This document shows, one piece after another, positions 1 to 12,342 of a stretch of DNA of 60,477 nucleotides. The stretch is taken from NCBI RefSeq assembly GCF_020745735.1, contig NW_026867716.1:62001-122477 (forward strand), written 5' to 3'. Source of the stretch: Hemiscyllium ocellatum (Eukaryota). The notes under the pieces are model-generated. The model ran no database searches and had not been told where the DNA came from. It worked only from the letters and a program-made list of their open reading frames with translations. Position 1 is the stretch's first letter. Each line of letters begins with the position of its first letter. Made by a program: the position numbers and the translations under genes.

Positions 1-216
1 CCCTTTACCTAACACTACAGGCAATTTAGCTTGGCCAATTCACCTGACTAAATTCATCTTTGGACTGCGGGAGGAAACCGGAGCACCCGGAGGAAACTCA
101 CGCAGACACAGAGAGAATGTGCAAACTCCACACATTTAGTCGCCTGAGTCGGGAATTGAACCCGGGTCTCTGGCGCTGTGAGACAGCAGTGCTAACCACT
201 GTGCCACCGTGCTACC
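1..216 (-). mobile_element. HE1-like tRNA-derived SINE (5' part, cut by window edge)
   Basis: Reverse complement reads ..gcacggtggcacagtggttagcactgctgtctcacagcgccagagacccgggttcaattcc.. (pol III A/B-box head); same family as 4251-4570 and 12814-13132. Confidence 0.9.
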
Positions 217-219
217 CAT

Positions 220-445
220 AATTGATAAAATATTCCAATTCTGGATGAGAGAGGGAAGCAGCACTGATGATGTCATCGACATACAGGAGAAAGAATTGTA
301 TGAGTGACCTGAGGAGGCCTAGAATGAGGAATGTTCTACTTTCCCCGCAATGAGAGAGGCATAACTGGGGCCCATATGGGTACCGATGGCTACACCATTG
401 AAGAGGAGTTGGCTGAAGCTCACTAACCAGTAATTCTGACACTGA
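220..445 (-). mobile_element. Old Penelope-like element RT fragment
   Basis: ORF 212-442 contains LLYVDDIISAASLSHPELEYFIN, matching FLRYIDDCIGAASCSHEEVEQFIN of the young PLE at 49.7 kb; the DNA also matches the gtagccatcggtacccatatgggcccca segment. Confidence 0.75.
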
Positions 446-669
446 TATAAAGTGGCAAAAGAATCACAGATGTAGTTGGGAAGGGCTGGACAAGGTGAGG
501 AAAAATTCAGTCAAGGGAAAAAGAGAGGAGTTCCCTCAGGCAGGAAGAAGCAGGAACCCTGGGTCTGCCCGGGCAGTCCAACTATAGATTTTGGGAAGAA
601 GGTGGAAGTGGGAAAGTCTGGATTGTGGGAATATGAGCTTGGAGGGTGTGGGGGTGGTGGGGAGAGCCT

Positions 670-795
670 GGATCAGATGAACTTGTGACTGTTGTGGACA
701 CAACAGCCTGAGACCAGTCAGTTTGGGGGACATAGGGGTGAATGGAGGAGGACAGAGAAATTAAAATGACCAAGGTAATGTTAGCTGCTCTTGAT
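670..795 (+). repeat. Diverged direct repeat, copy 1 (copy 2 at about 2270-2395)
   Basis: gtgactgttgtggacacaacagcctgag..gtgaatggaggaggacagagaaat vs gtgactggtgtggacagaacagcctgag..gtgaatggaggagggcagagaaat. Confidence 0.65.
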
Positions 796-2178
796 GGACA
801 GGCAAAATCTCCGGTGTGAGATTATTGATGATCATTTCAATCCGTTCAACCACAACATTGATTACTCTTCTTGAGTCATTTAGTCTGTAGCTTGCCTTCT
901 TATCAGGAGTAGCTCCCTTATTCCTTGTTACATTCAGTGTTAACTCTTTCCTGTCTACCCAGAACAGATCCTTGATGTTGCATTGACTCCTTCTTCTCAG
1001 GGATGGCTAATTAACATTTGCTTTTAATTCCTTGATTACAGTTTCTACTTGTCCCTAGTACCACTGCATTTCAGAAAAAAGTCATTATTGATTCATTTAA
1101 GCTCTGAATCATTACCAAAGTTCTGAAGTTTACATTCTCACAGCCCCTCATTATTCTAAACTTCAGGGGAAACAAACCCAGCCTGTCCTCCCTCTCCTCA
1201 TGAGACAACCTCCTTCTCAATCTCAGAAACCTCCTTTGAGCCAGCACCAATATCCTTCATTGTGTACAGCATTTGAGATGTGATCTCAGAACTGCCTTGT
1301 ATATCTAAAATAACATGTTTACATTTATATCCAATTCCTCTTTTATTCAAGGAGAGCATTTTATTAACCTTCCTGAATCCATGGTGTAAGATTGTACCTA
1401 CCTTTGTGACCTGATTCCCACCACATGTTAGAATTCTGCAGTGGTTCTCCATTCACATATTTCTCTACTTTTTCCCTGTGTTTCGTGTGTCTGCCCTGCC
1501 CAATGTCTGTACTCTGTGATCAGTACAGGCGAATCCAACTCTCCTGTTCAGTGCTTTAACCAGATGATGACATCATGATCACATTGTGGTTTGTGGCAGC
1601 TTGCAGTAAGAAATTAGTTGACTGCAAACATAAAAATAGAGCTTCATCTGCTGTAAGGGGTTATTCAGTGCCCTGAGATCATGAAAAGTTAGGCATAAAT
1701 GCATTTATTTTCATTCTTGTAATGAGAAATGCAACAACCAGTTTGTGAAGAGTAATGTCCCACAAACAGCACTGTGTTCAATCAGTTAGCCTGTGTATTT
1801 TCATGATGTAGCCTGAGGGATGAGTGATGGTGAGGACACAATGATCTGGGTTGAGGGATGAGTGACAAGGACACTGTAGAGAGCTCCTCTGTTCTTCATT
1901 GAAATAATGCATGTGGAATTGTTCACATCCACCTGAGAAAGCAGGCCAGTGCAACCTTTAACATCTCAGCCACAAGATAACACTTTAGACATTGCAGCGC
2001 TCCATTCGAACTGCTCCGAAGTCTCAGCATTGATCTTACGTTGTAGCCACTGGAAAGGGGGAATTGAACCCACAGCCTTCTAACTCCGAGGGGTATGTGG
2101 TGTCCACTGAGCTGTTGCTGATACCTAACAACACACCTACCAATAAATATCCCCTTATCATTCCTGTTTGTGTTACAG

Positions 2179-2226
2179 ATCAGGACAGTTCCAGCTTCTG
2201 TGCCAAGATTGACAGCAACAGAACAG
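2179..2226 (+). pseudogene. Degenerate paralog of cytoplasmic-tail exon T1 (DQDSSSFCAKIDSNRT-G)
   Basis: Acceptor tcctgtttgtgttacag vs tcctgtttgtattacag at T1; 3' end gacagcaacagaacag vs gacagcaacagaaaag; phase 1-1, 48 nt; donor reads GG instead of GT; tyrosine absent. Confidence 0.6.
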
Positions 2227-2554
2227 GGAAATGGCTGCACCTTGGTGGTTTTGAGCTTTTGTCTAGATCTGAGATGGGATGAGTGACTGGTGTGGACAGA
2301 ACAGCCTGAGAGTTTTCAGTTCAGTGGGAGAGAGGAGTGAATGGAGGAGGGCAGAGAAATACAAAGACCAGTGTCAGTTCTCAATGAATGGGACAAGTGC
2401 GGCTTAAAGGCCAGAGGGAGAGGTCCAGGTGGAGGAAGAGAGTTGGAGGTGGGTGAAAGGGGTCTGTGGGATGGACAGAGGACTCCTGTCCAAAGAAATG
2501 GGCACAGAGGCAAAGGCAATGGAAGAAGAGATCAACATCATGTCGTGTCTGAAC

Positions 2555-3557
2555 CTCGGTGAGGTGGGAGTGCAAAGTGATTAAAACTGAGACCTTTGCT
2601 GAGTACAGAACATTCAGCATCGGAGAAAGGATAGTGAATGTCCAACAAGAGGTGGAGGTAGGAGAATGGGGAGAGACAAGTGGGACAGTGGGTGGAGGAA
2701 GTTTCCAGAGGGGTGGGGGTACATGGTATCGGGTGAATGAGCCGGAGAATTAAGTCGAACTGGGGCTCAGGACAGCTTTGAGACAGTGTGAAGGGGTGCG
2801 GATAGAGAGAGAGGTCAAGATGTGCATATGATGGCACATAGCACTGAGTGTGGGTCTCAGGATGTGGTGAGAGCAGCTGTCTGAGGAGTGATGGACATCA
2901 TGGAGAGAGCTGTGATCCTGGGTGGATTCAAAGCACAAAGGATGAAACTCTTTCACTGTTTGTGTCAACTAATGACTCCGTTCCCTCCCACCAATCCCTC
3001 TCATCCCTATAGCCTCGGTGCTAACACATGCTGTCTGACTACCAGCCTTTGGCCTTATCGAGAGTAGTGGGAACAGGGTAGGAGAGCGGAACTGAGCCAG
3101 AACCAGATCAGTTATGGTCTTAATGAATTGTGGAGAAAACTCAATGGGCCATAGGGCTTGCCCCTGCTGTGAAGTTCGATGTACATATCTTCTTGAAATT
3201 GAAGCAGATGAGGTTCAAAGTTACTGGCTGTGTGGTTTGGGAATTGGCTTTGGGCCAGGAAGCAGAGCGCTGTGGTCTGTGGTTTTATTTCAGACGGGAG
3301 GGAAGTGTGCAGCACTGGTGATATAATTCTCTTCTTGATCTTTGTGAGTGATCTACACTCAGGGATACAGGACAAACTCCAATGTTTGCAGATGTCACAA
3401 AATTCAAAACCTCAGTGAAGAGTGAGGAAAGTGCTGACAGGCTCTGGGGCATATAGGCTGGTGAAATGGCCAGCCAAATGAAAGTTAACACTGGGAAGGC
3501 TGAAGTGACACATCATGATAGGAAGAACAAAGAGAGGTGTGATAAATGGTGTAATTT
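2555..3557 (+). repeat. Left arm of ~1 kb inverted segmental duplication (partner 17930-18982); composite of PLE-like and CR1 RT remnants
   Basis: Near-identical translated ORFs on opposite strands (3112-3375 minus vs 17894-18373 plus: SCIPECRSxTKIKKRIISPVLHTSLPSEIKPQ...); DNA aligns by eye across the whole arm. Confidence 0.9.
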
Positions 3558-4250
3558 TACAATGGTTACAGGAACAGAAAGTTAGCAGAAATGCACATTG
3601 AGAAATCTTTGAAGCTTGGAGGTTTAATGAAATGGATTAAAATAGGCAAAAGAAATGTTTGTTTTTATTGAATGCCACATGGAGTAGAAAAGCAAGGATG
3701 GACATTTCCAAAACATCAGTTTGAACCCAGCTGCAGACACATGACCAATTCTGTGCACTATCCTTTAAGGAAGATGTTTTTGTACAAAGCAGATGAATCA
3801 AATGGTTCCAGAGAAGAGAGACTTCAGTTCTTTGGAGGAACTGGTGTTGTCTTTACAACAGAGAAGATTCAGGGGAGATTTGATTGGGCTGTGCCAATTC
3901 AAGAAGAGTCTTTCGAAAGCAAGTCATGAGCAACTGTTTCCAAAGGCAGGACAGTCAGTTAGTAAATGGATCCAGGTAAAGGTGGTGATGAAAGAACCAG
4001 AGGTCACATGACTGACTCAATGCAGCAGACCCAGGAAAGGACACGGGGTGTGTGACTAATTTCAATAGGTTTTTCAAAGGGCCAGCCCAGGCACAGGGGG
4101 CTGAGTGGTCTCCTCCTGTTATGTATAATGCAGTACAACGGGAAGACAATATTTCCTGTTTTGCTGCCACACTGGAGTGGCATTCCATAAGAGACACGTG
4201 TGACATAACAGAGTTAACTCTGATCTGTACCTGTCAGAGACTGGAACAGT

Positions 4251-4570
4251 TAATTAGATTAAATTGCTTACAGTGTGGAAACAGGCCTTTCGGCCCACCC
4301 AGTCCACACCGACCCTCCAAAGAGCAACTCACCCAGACCCATTCCCCTACATTTACCCCTTCACCAAACACTATGGGCAAGTTAGCATGGCCAATTCGCT
4401 ACCCTGCACATCTTTGGACTGTGGGAGGACATTGGAGCACCTGGAGGAAACCCACACAGACATGGGAAGAATGTGCAAACTCCACACAGACAGTTGCCCG
4501 AGGTGGGAATTGAACCTGAGTCCCTGGTGCTGTGAGGCAGCAGTGCTGACCACTGTGCCACCGTGGCACC
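4251..4570 (-). mobile_element. HE1-like SINE, near full length
   Basis: tRNA-like head at 4500-4570 in reverse complement, central gtgtgggtttcctcc box, tail ..cactgtaagcaatttaatctaat. Confidence 0.92.
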
Positions 4571-5149
4571 CCTTAATGACCTCTGAGACTCAGAACGATT
4601 TGTATTTAACAAGGTGATTGTGAATTGAAACATTATAAAACATCCTGCAAGATGACCAAATGTTCACAAGCTGCAGTAGTTGGTTAATGAATTGAAGAAG
4701 TCCCAAACACACACAAACAATGAAATGATTTCAAAAATACAGAGGCAAAAGCTTTTGAAGTTTGTGTCTTTGGAAGAACAGGGAATGTGTCCAAACACTG
4801 TTCAGTTTCCTGACCGTGAGGATGCAGTCACTGCATTCCTGTTTGTTACTGCAGTTACACGGGATCACCACCAGCTCCAAGTTCCCTTCCAAGCCACCCA
4901 CTCTGTACCGACATGGAAATATATTGTCGTTCGCTCACTGTCACTGGGTCACAATCCTGGAATTCCCTCCCCAGTGGCATTGTGAGTCTCCCAACATTTA
5001 CACCGACTGATGATGAAAGCAAGGACTTTTTGCTGCCTTGTGGAGAGCTTTGTTGTCAAACAGTCACTGCCATAGTTTCTGGAAGGTTGAGCTGTCTCAG
5101 CTGACCCAGTGTTGGATCTCTTCCCCAATGGGCATTGAGAAGCAGAGTG

Positions 5150-5960
5150 CCCTCGTGGTCACCTATGGGCTGGACTGAGACTGGCAATGATGGGCAGAGC
5201 CAGTGATGTCAGCCCTGGGCACCCTTTGGAGGGAGGTGCCTCCCAAGCTACTGAGAGTGCTAAATGTATCCCGGAGTCTTAGCATATACAAGAGGTAGAA
5301 TATTGAACTGACCAGTGATTTGTGTTTTGGTTTAGCAACACTCAAGCATTGACCAAGTCCCTTGTTTGCAGCATTGAAGAGATCAAGGGTGGCTTGCTAG
5401 TTGGGTGCAGAATGTGAAAACAACAGTGATGTTAGCAGTGCGTACTGCATCTTATGTGGGTCTGTTGTGGTCATTTTATTATTGGCATGGATGAGACTGA
5501 GGTTGAGAGATTTCTATCTGGGCCGTGTTTAATCCTGACACCAGAGGTCAAAGCTGCTGTTTGGTAGATTATAGATAATATGGAGCTATCACACAGCATT
5601 GCTTTACTCTGGTCCTGTTCCTTGAAGCCATCCGTTCCTGAAGATGTCAAGTCATCCCAAAGCAGTTGCAGAATTTGGAAGAAGTTTCTGGACATTCCAA
5701 ATTTTAAGAGTATGTCTCAGCAAGTGATTTACTGAGTCATCTGCTGTGATCAGGTTGAGAAATGTAATACAGAGTTCCTGGTGTTGTTTTTGACATTTTA
5801 CTTGGATTTGTCTGACAACAAAGGTCATGTTGGTGATTCCATTGGAAGGTTTAAAGCTGTAGTGTGTCTTTGGGAGGATTCCCACAGCCATAGGAAGTGG
5901 GAGGGTCAGGAGAATGTGTATCAGGATGTTCTCCACTAAGGACAAGATGCTCCACCATTT
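5150..5960 (-). mobile_element. Decayed RTE-clade LINE reverse-transcriptase fragment
   Basis: ORF 5652-5996: ILPKTHYSFKPSNGITNMTFVVRQIQVKCQKQHQELCITFLNLITADDSVN resembles the RTE RT motif LPESQCGFRPxRGTxDMIFxxRQxQEKCREQ...DLxKAFDSVN. Confidence 0.7.
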
Positions 5961-6340
5961 AAGAGGATCATGTCTGAGCTTGTAGTTCAACACCACTTTC
6001 CTGCACCATCCCGTTACCCCTCAATGCTTTTAATGCCGGGAAATCTATCAATCTCATTCATGAACATACTCAATGGTTAAGCTTCCACAGCTCTCTGATG
6101 AGAGAATTCCCAAGATTAACTACTTCAAAACGATAAATTCCCCCTCATCTCAGTTCCAACCACCTATCCCTCATTCTGAGACTGTATTCCCTGGTTCACG
6201 ACAGTGTATGACTCTCACTCTGTAACAAGGGAATCTTTTTGTTGATATGGAAATCCGATCCGTTCACCACATTCCAGATGGGATCTCACCAAAGATCGAT
6301 ATAATTGCAGTGAGATGTCAGGAATTAAGGGAGGGCCACA

Positions 6341-6466
6341 CCAGGAGTGAAGGAAGGCCTGAACCAGGAGTGAGGGGAGGCCTGCAGCAGGAGTGAAGGA
6401 AGGACTGAACCAGGAGTGAGGGAAGGCCTGCAGCAGGAGTGAAAGAAGGACTGAACCAGGAGTGAG
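6341..6466 (+). repeat. 23-bp minisatellite x5.5 with alternating 46-bp higher-order unit
   Basis: ccaggagtgaaggaaggcctgaa / ccaggagtgaggggaggcctgca / gcaggagtgaaggaaggactgaa / ccaggagtgagggaaggcctgca / gcaggagtgaaagaaggactgaa / ccaggagtgag. Confidence 0.9.
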
Positions 6467-6479
6467 TAAGCTACCCTAG

Positions 6480-7275
6480 ATCTCTTCAATGCTTCTAAGG
6501 GTTGTACCATTTACTGTATACTTCCCTCTTGCATTAGACCTTATGCATCACCACATGTCTCTCAAAATTAAATTACAGCAGCCATTTCTGTGCCCAAGTT
6601 GACAGCCTTTATATGTCCTGCTGTATCCTCTGGCAATCTTCCTCACTATCCAAAGCTCCTTCAATCTTTGTGTCATCTGCAAACTTACTAATCATCCCAC
6701 CTACAATATTCTCCAAAATATTTATAAATGTTGTGAACTAACAGGGGCCCCAACACTGACTCCTGTGGATCACGAATGGTCACAGATTTCCAGTCAGAAA
6801 AACACTCTTCCACCACTACTCTCTGTCTTCTATGACTAAGCCAATTCTGCATCCATCTTACCACCTCTCCGCAGATCCATGTGACTTCAATTTCAGTATC
6901 AGCCTGTCATGAAAAACTTTGTCCAAGGCCTTACGAAAGTCCCTGTGGACAATATCTATCACCCTGTCGTTGTCAATCATGAAACTTGCTCAAAAGGCTG
7001 AATCAAGTTTCTGTGACATGACCTTCCTGCACAAAACCATGTTGCCTCGTGTTAATAAGAAGATATTTTTTCAAATTGTGGAAAGCCAATCATTAAGAAT
7101 CTTCTCCAATATTTTCCCTACCACGGACGTAAGGCTCACCAGCCTGTAAGTTCCTGTATTATCCCTGTTGCCCTCAAACAAAGGAACAATGGTGGCTCTT
7201 CTCCAGTGCTCTGGGACCTGTCCTAGGACTAAACAGAATCCAAGGATTCTGTACAAGCTCCCAACAATTTGCTTC
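6480..7275 (-). mobile_element. CR1/HER1-type LINE ORF2 (RT) fragment
   Basis: ORF 7071-7280 VPEHWRRATIVPLFEGNRDNTGTYRLVSLTSVVGKILEKI is the CR1 RT N-terminal motif. Confidence 0.85.
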
Positions 7276-7599
7276 CTCACCTCAATGAGTCAGAGGAGGC
7301 AAATCTCTGTGTCTTTATATTAAAATATCTGTTTCCGTACCCTCCATTTACCAAAGTAAATGGAAAACCATCCTGTACAATGTTTCTAAATGCAGACTTG
7401 CTGCAGTGCAATCTTTGAGACTGGCTGCTGCTTTCCATCACTTCCTGATGACATTGGCTTCCTCTTTGAGCATGTGGCACCTTGTAGCCCTGTATAAATC
7501 TGCTCACTGACAGCCCCTCCCATTCTTCAACAATTACTGTACCTTACAGCAGTGTCCTTTTGTGGGACTGGAGTCACATGTAGGCCAGACCAGGTATGC

Positions 7600-9470
7600 A
7601 ATGGGATGCATTGAAGAAGGAAATAAGGAGGGTACAGGGCTAAAGGGTGGGACCAACAAATCCAGTGAACCTTGAATACTGAGGAATACACAGCATTGGA
7701 TGAAGGGAAAAGGGAGGCTTATGGCAGATTCTGAGAATTCAAAACAGTAGCAATTTCTGGAGGATTATAAAATGTCCAAGTGGGAAATTAAAGTGGAGAT
7801 TCGGAGTGCTCAAAGGAAATATGAAAGTATACTGACAGGTAATATAAAGAAGCATCCAAAATATTTAAAGGAATATTCATGGTAAAAAGACAACAAGGAC
7901 CATGGTTGTAATTGAAACTTGAACCCAGAGGATATATGAACCCAAGCTGTAATTGACAACTTTATGTTGGTGTTCAGACGTGAGAGGGATGATTTTGGTG
8001 TAGAAATCGGGGAGATAGTCTGTGATAAGATTAAAGAAATTAACAGAGAGAGGAACTGCTGAGTGGTATGGGCAGCAAAAAGTAGATAAATCTCCAGGGC
8101 AGGATGAAATGTATCTCAGGTTGTTGAGTGAGGCAGGGGAGAAAATAGCAGGGGCTTTGGAAATAACTTTCCATTCTTCTCCAGCTGCAGGAGAGGTGCT
8201 GGAGGACAGGAGGACAGCCAGTGTGGTACCTCAAGAAGTGAACAAGGGATAAACCAGGAAACGTCAGGCTAGTCAGTCTAAACTCTGTGTCAAAACATGT
8301 GGCAGATCAGGTTGGTGAACGGCTAGTGTCCAAAACATTGTCCCTCCTGCTCCTCAGTTGCTGCCTGAGCTGCTGTGCTTTTCCAGTGCCACACTGTTTA
8401 ACTCTGACTCTCCAGCATGTGCAGATGTGTAGAATTTGATGCATCTTTTTAATGCAAAGGGAGATAGATTTTAAAAGAGATCTTACTGAATGATGGAGCA
8501 GGCTCGAGGGGCCAGATAGGTAGCATCTGCGGTGCAGGAGAATTGACGTTTCGAGTATAAGCCCTTCATCAGGAAGGATCTTTCTTCCTAATGGAAGGCT
8601 TCTCGAAATGACGACTCTCCTGCATCTCAGATGCTGCCTGACCAGCTGTGCTTTTCCAGCTCCACACTCTTCGACTCTAATCTCCAGCATCCGCAGTCCT
8701 CACATTCTCCTCAAGGGGTCAGATAGCCCTCTCCTGCTCCTATTTCTGATGTTCTTGTGTCTTCTTGGATTTCGGCAAAACTTTTGACCAGGTTCCACAT
8801 GGGAGAACGATAGCAAAGGTGAGAGCTCATGGGATCCAAGGTAATTTGGGGTAAATTGGATGCATAATTTTCTGACTGGCAGGAAACAGAGGGTGATGGT
8901 CGAGGGGCATTTTTGTGACTGGAAGTGTGTGTCCTGGAGGATCCCACAGGGGTCACTGTTGGGGCCCTTGCTATTTGTGGTTTGTCATAAATGATTTAGA
9001 CTTGAATGAAGAAGGGTTGATTAATATGGTCCCAGATGATAAACAAATAGTTGGGGTAATAAATATTGAGGAGGATAGCCTTAGACAACAAGAGGATCTA
9101 TACGGGCTGGTCAGATAGACTGATCAGTAGCAAACAGTATTCAACATGGATAAGGGTGAGGTGATACACTTGGGCAGGACAGAAAAAGCAAAGTAAGACA
9201 TAATGAGCAATAGGACTTAATACAGAGCAGTGAGGTTATGCTGGAACTGTATGAAAAATTGGTTAGGTCACAGCTAGAGAATTATGTGAAGTTCAGGAAT
9301 CCACATTATGGGAGGGATCTGGAGAGGGTAAAGAGCAGATTTGCCAGGATGTTCCCTGGGCTAGAGAGTTTCAATTCTGAAGAGAATTTGGATAGATTGT
9401 TTTCTCCAGAGAGGAGGAGATTGAGAGGAGATCAGTGACCATGGGGCATTAATTTAAGGTACGGGGCAGG
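7600..9470 (+). mobile_element. CR1/HER1-type LINE fragments interrupted by Penelope termini (8340-8710)
   Basis: KSPGQDEMYLRLLSEAGEKIAGAL (8022-8252); RGHCWGPCYLWFVINDLD (frameshifted PQGSxLGP region); LELYEKLVRSQLENYVKF (9238-9438). Confidence 0.85.
8541..8576 (-). ncRNA. Minimal type I hammerhead-ribozyme-like motif in PLE terminus (degenerate)
   Basis: Reverse complement cttc-CTGATGA-A-gggc ttat actc-GAAAC-GTC-aatt. Confidence 0.5.
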
Positions 9471-10575
9471 GCGATTGTTTTTATTCAATCATGAAACATG
9501 CATGTCACTGGCTGGCCAGCATTCATTGCCCATCCCTTGTTGATCTCTTGAGAAGATGGCGATGAGATGCCTTCTTAAACCGTTACAGTCCACGTGCTGG
9601 AGGTTGACCCATAATGCCTTTAGGGAGTGAATTCCAGGATTGTGACCGAACACGAGTGAAAGAGTGATGATATATTTCCAAGCCAGGATGGTGAGTGCCT
9701 TGGAGGGAATTTGCAGGTGGTGGTGTTCCCATTGATCTGCTGCCACTGAATGTTTAGCTGGATGCGGTCGTGGGTTGGGAAGGTGATGTCTCAGGATCTT
9801 TGATGAATGTTAGAGGTTTATCGGAGATGTGAGGGAAACCTTTTCACTCAGAGGATGGCGGCAATCTGGAAGTCATTGCTTTTAAGGGTGACACAGACAT
9901 GAAACCCTCATAATGTTTAAGACCTGTTTAGGTGTGCACTTGCAATTTCGATGTATAAGGCATTGGGCAACTGCTCGATAATAGAATTGGAAAGGGTAGA
10001 TGGTTGGTTTTGACCAGCATGGACTCAATGGGCCAAAGAGCCTTTTACTGTGCTCTACATCTCTATTACTCTATGATTAAGACCATTAGGGGTCTTGTGG
10101 TACAGTGGTAATGTCCCTCCTTCAAAGCCAGGAGGTCTCCGTGAAGTCCCACTTGATCCAGAGGTGTGTAATAATATCTCTAATCAAGGTGTTTGAAAAA
10201 TATCTCCAGGAAAGTATTATTCACTTGAAATACCTGGCAATAGGCATCAAAGTGCCACATCTTAGCATGGTGAGGGGATGGTAAGTGGGTTGTGGAAGGG
10301 GGAGCATAAAAGGTATGCCTTAGCAAGAGGCACACTTTGAATTTAACTCCCAATAAGTTCCCTCATGTAAACTGTGATCCCCAATATCTCTGAGACACTG
10401 TGAACCGTGATTCTTTAAAATCATGGACCGACTGGATGTACATTGTGGAGGAGCAGGATGTGTTTCCCTCTGCAATGGAGGGGATTGGCTCAGAGTGCTG
10501 GGTGCAGGGTTTGTAACCTGACCCATGGGACTGTGGGAAAATTGGAAACCCTAGGATAGGGTTGGGAATCATGGA

Positions 10576-10705
10576 GCTGAAATGATTGAATGAAACGCCC
10601 GAAACGTTGATTCTCCTGCTCCTTGGATGCTGCCTGACCTGCTGCGCTTTTCCAGCAACACATTTTCAGCTCTGATCTCCAGCATCTGCAGTCCTCACTT
10701 TCTCC
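10576..10705 (+). mobile_element. Short non-autonomous Penelope terminus (pLTR) insertion with 14-bp TSD
   Basis: TSD ttgggaatcatgga at 10562-10575 and 10706-10719. Confidence 0.85.
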
Positions 10706-11149
10706 TTGGGAATCATGGAATCAGGAAACCCATGGGAAGGCATCTGAGACTTCCCGAGATGGAGAAAGTGGAAAGATCGTTTATGCTCTTCTTTTCTTGA
10801 GAACTTCAATCAAATCATCCCACACCTTCCAGTGTAACAGGATACAAACATAATTTGTGATCCCACACCTTGTAATTTAACTCTGTGAGACCTGATGTCA
10901 TCATTCTGCACCACACTCTTTCTCAGGTCAGAATATCCTTCCCAAGGTGTGGTGCCCAGAACTGCTCATGAATTGAAAAAGAAATAAAATTAAAGATTAT
11001 CCTTCTCACGTTCAAATTCTTCCACGGCATTGGGTCTGTCATCCTCATAAACTCACAGTATTTCCAAATCTGGCTCCTCCATATCCCTTCCTGTAAATGT
11101 AAACTCACCATAGTCCCAGAGGGCATCAGGCTTTTCTCTCATTAGAGAG

Positions 11150-11297
11150 GAAAAGCTGGGCAAACGTGAGGACTGCAGGTTCTGGAGATCAGAGTCTAGA
11201 TTAGAGTGATGAAGGGCTTTTGCCTGAAATGTCGATTTTCCTGATCCTCGGATGCTGCCTGACCTGCTGTGCTTTTCCAGCACCATTCTATACTACA
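11150..11297. mobile_element. Short Penelope pLTR insertion, two inverted halves, 12-bp TSD
   Basis: TSD ctcattagagag at 11138-11149 and 11298-11309; internal gtgatgaagggcttttgcctgaaatgtc is a decayed hammerhead core. Confidence 0.8.
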
Positions 11298-11635
11298 CTC
11301 ATTAGAGAGAGATGTGTGGTGGTGGTTTCACCGGACTGGAATAGTAACATCACTGGGGTCTAATTTTCAATCTCCAAGACTGTGAGAATTCCTGTCTAAA
11401 CCTCTCCAACTCTCCTTCCCCCTCTTAAGTCACTCCTTAAGACATGCGTGTTGGAACACCACCTGTCCAAATAACTCGGAATATGGTTTGATGTCTGATT
11501 CTCCTGCAGTTCATTGAACATTTTCCAATGGTAAAGCTGTGATGTGAATCCATGATTCTGTATGATTCTTTGATTCTCGAGTCAGAAAGCGAATGCAGTA
11601 AGGCAGTTTCAGAGTGAATCCTGTTTGTATTACAG

Positions 11636-11689
11636 CTCAGCCTGACTCCTGTACCTATGCCAGCATCGTGTTTGACAGCAACAGAAAAG
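11636..11689 (+). CDS. Cytoplasmic-tail exon T1 of an inhibitory-type immune receptor (xQPDSCTYASIVFDSNRK-G)
   Basis: Acceptor cctgtttgtattacag, donor G|gtaacc, 54 nt, phase 1-1, ITIM-like motif C-T-Y-A-S-I; joins T2 in frame across a 95-nt intron. Confidence 0.8.
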
Positions 11690-11784
11690 GTAACCAGCTA
11701 CATACTTTTTTTCCCACATCGTGGTATTTCTAAACATTTAAAATACATCCTCCTCACTAACAGACTATTCTCTTTCATTTCAAG

Positions 11785-11820
11785 GTGGCAAGACTCTCCG
11801 GGTTGCTGATTCAGAAGAGA
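11785..11820 (+). CDS. Cytoplasmic-tail exon T2 (GGKTLRVADSEE-T)
   Basis: Acceptor ctctttcatttcaag, donor A|gtgagt, 36 nt, phase 1-1, in frame with T1 and T3. Confidence 0.8.
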
Positions 11821-12342
11821 GTGAGTCAGGTTTGTCCTTTCCGAATCCTAATCCTAATTCTTTCTCCTATCCCAATCCCTGAAGCCCATTCTCCGATGTG
11901 TGGGACAGTGCTAGTTGGGCCTGGGTGATCCATTTCCTTGTTATTTGAGACCCCAACTTTGGGTGGCGCTATTATGGAGATTTGATCACATGACCTTAAA
12001 GCCCCATTCCCTCACCAGGATGCTGTTGTCATTGGCCCGTCGGTCTGTTCATCTTCATTAGGATGTTCCTTTACTCCACCAATCAGAAAGCAAACAGTCT
12101 CTCCACGATCCCATTGGATGACACTTGACTGTCTCTCAAAAAGCTTGTCTCTCCCAATGTATTTGTGAACGTCATAAAGAGAATGAGGGGGAAATGTACA
12201 ACTGATGGAGTAAATATTTCCCTTTCCTGTAACTACTCTGATAGTGATGGGACTGATATTTGGGTAAATATGCCCCTTTCCTGTATTTACTTTTAAACTG
12301 AATTTATAATTATCATCAGCTCTGATTTCTGTCTCTTTCTAG

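Noticed and set aside
10210-10280. Segment ending in a strong donor GATG|gtaagt with YYSL motif
   Set aside because: Putative acceptor is the tail of a SINE, and the frame has a stop before the donor.
10759-10852. Plus-strand frame containing an ITIM-like IVYALL (GESGKIVYALLFLRTS)
   Set aside because: No convincing acceptor (cccgag) or donor; short motifs like this arise by chance.
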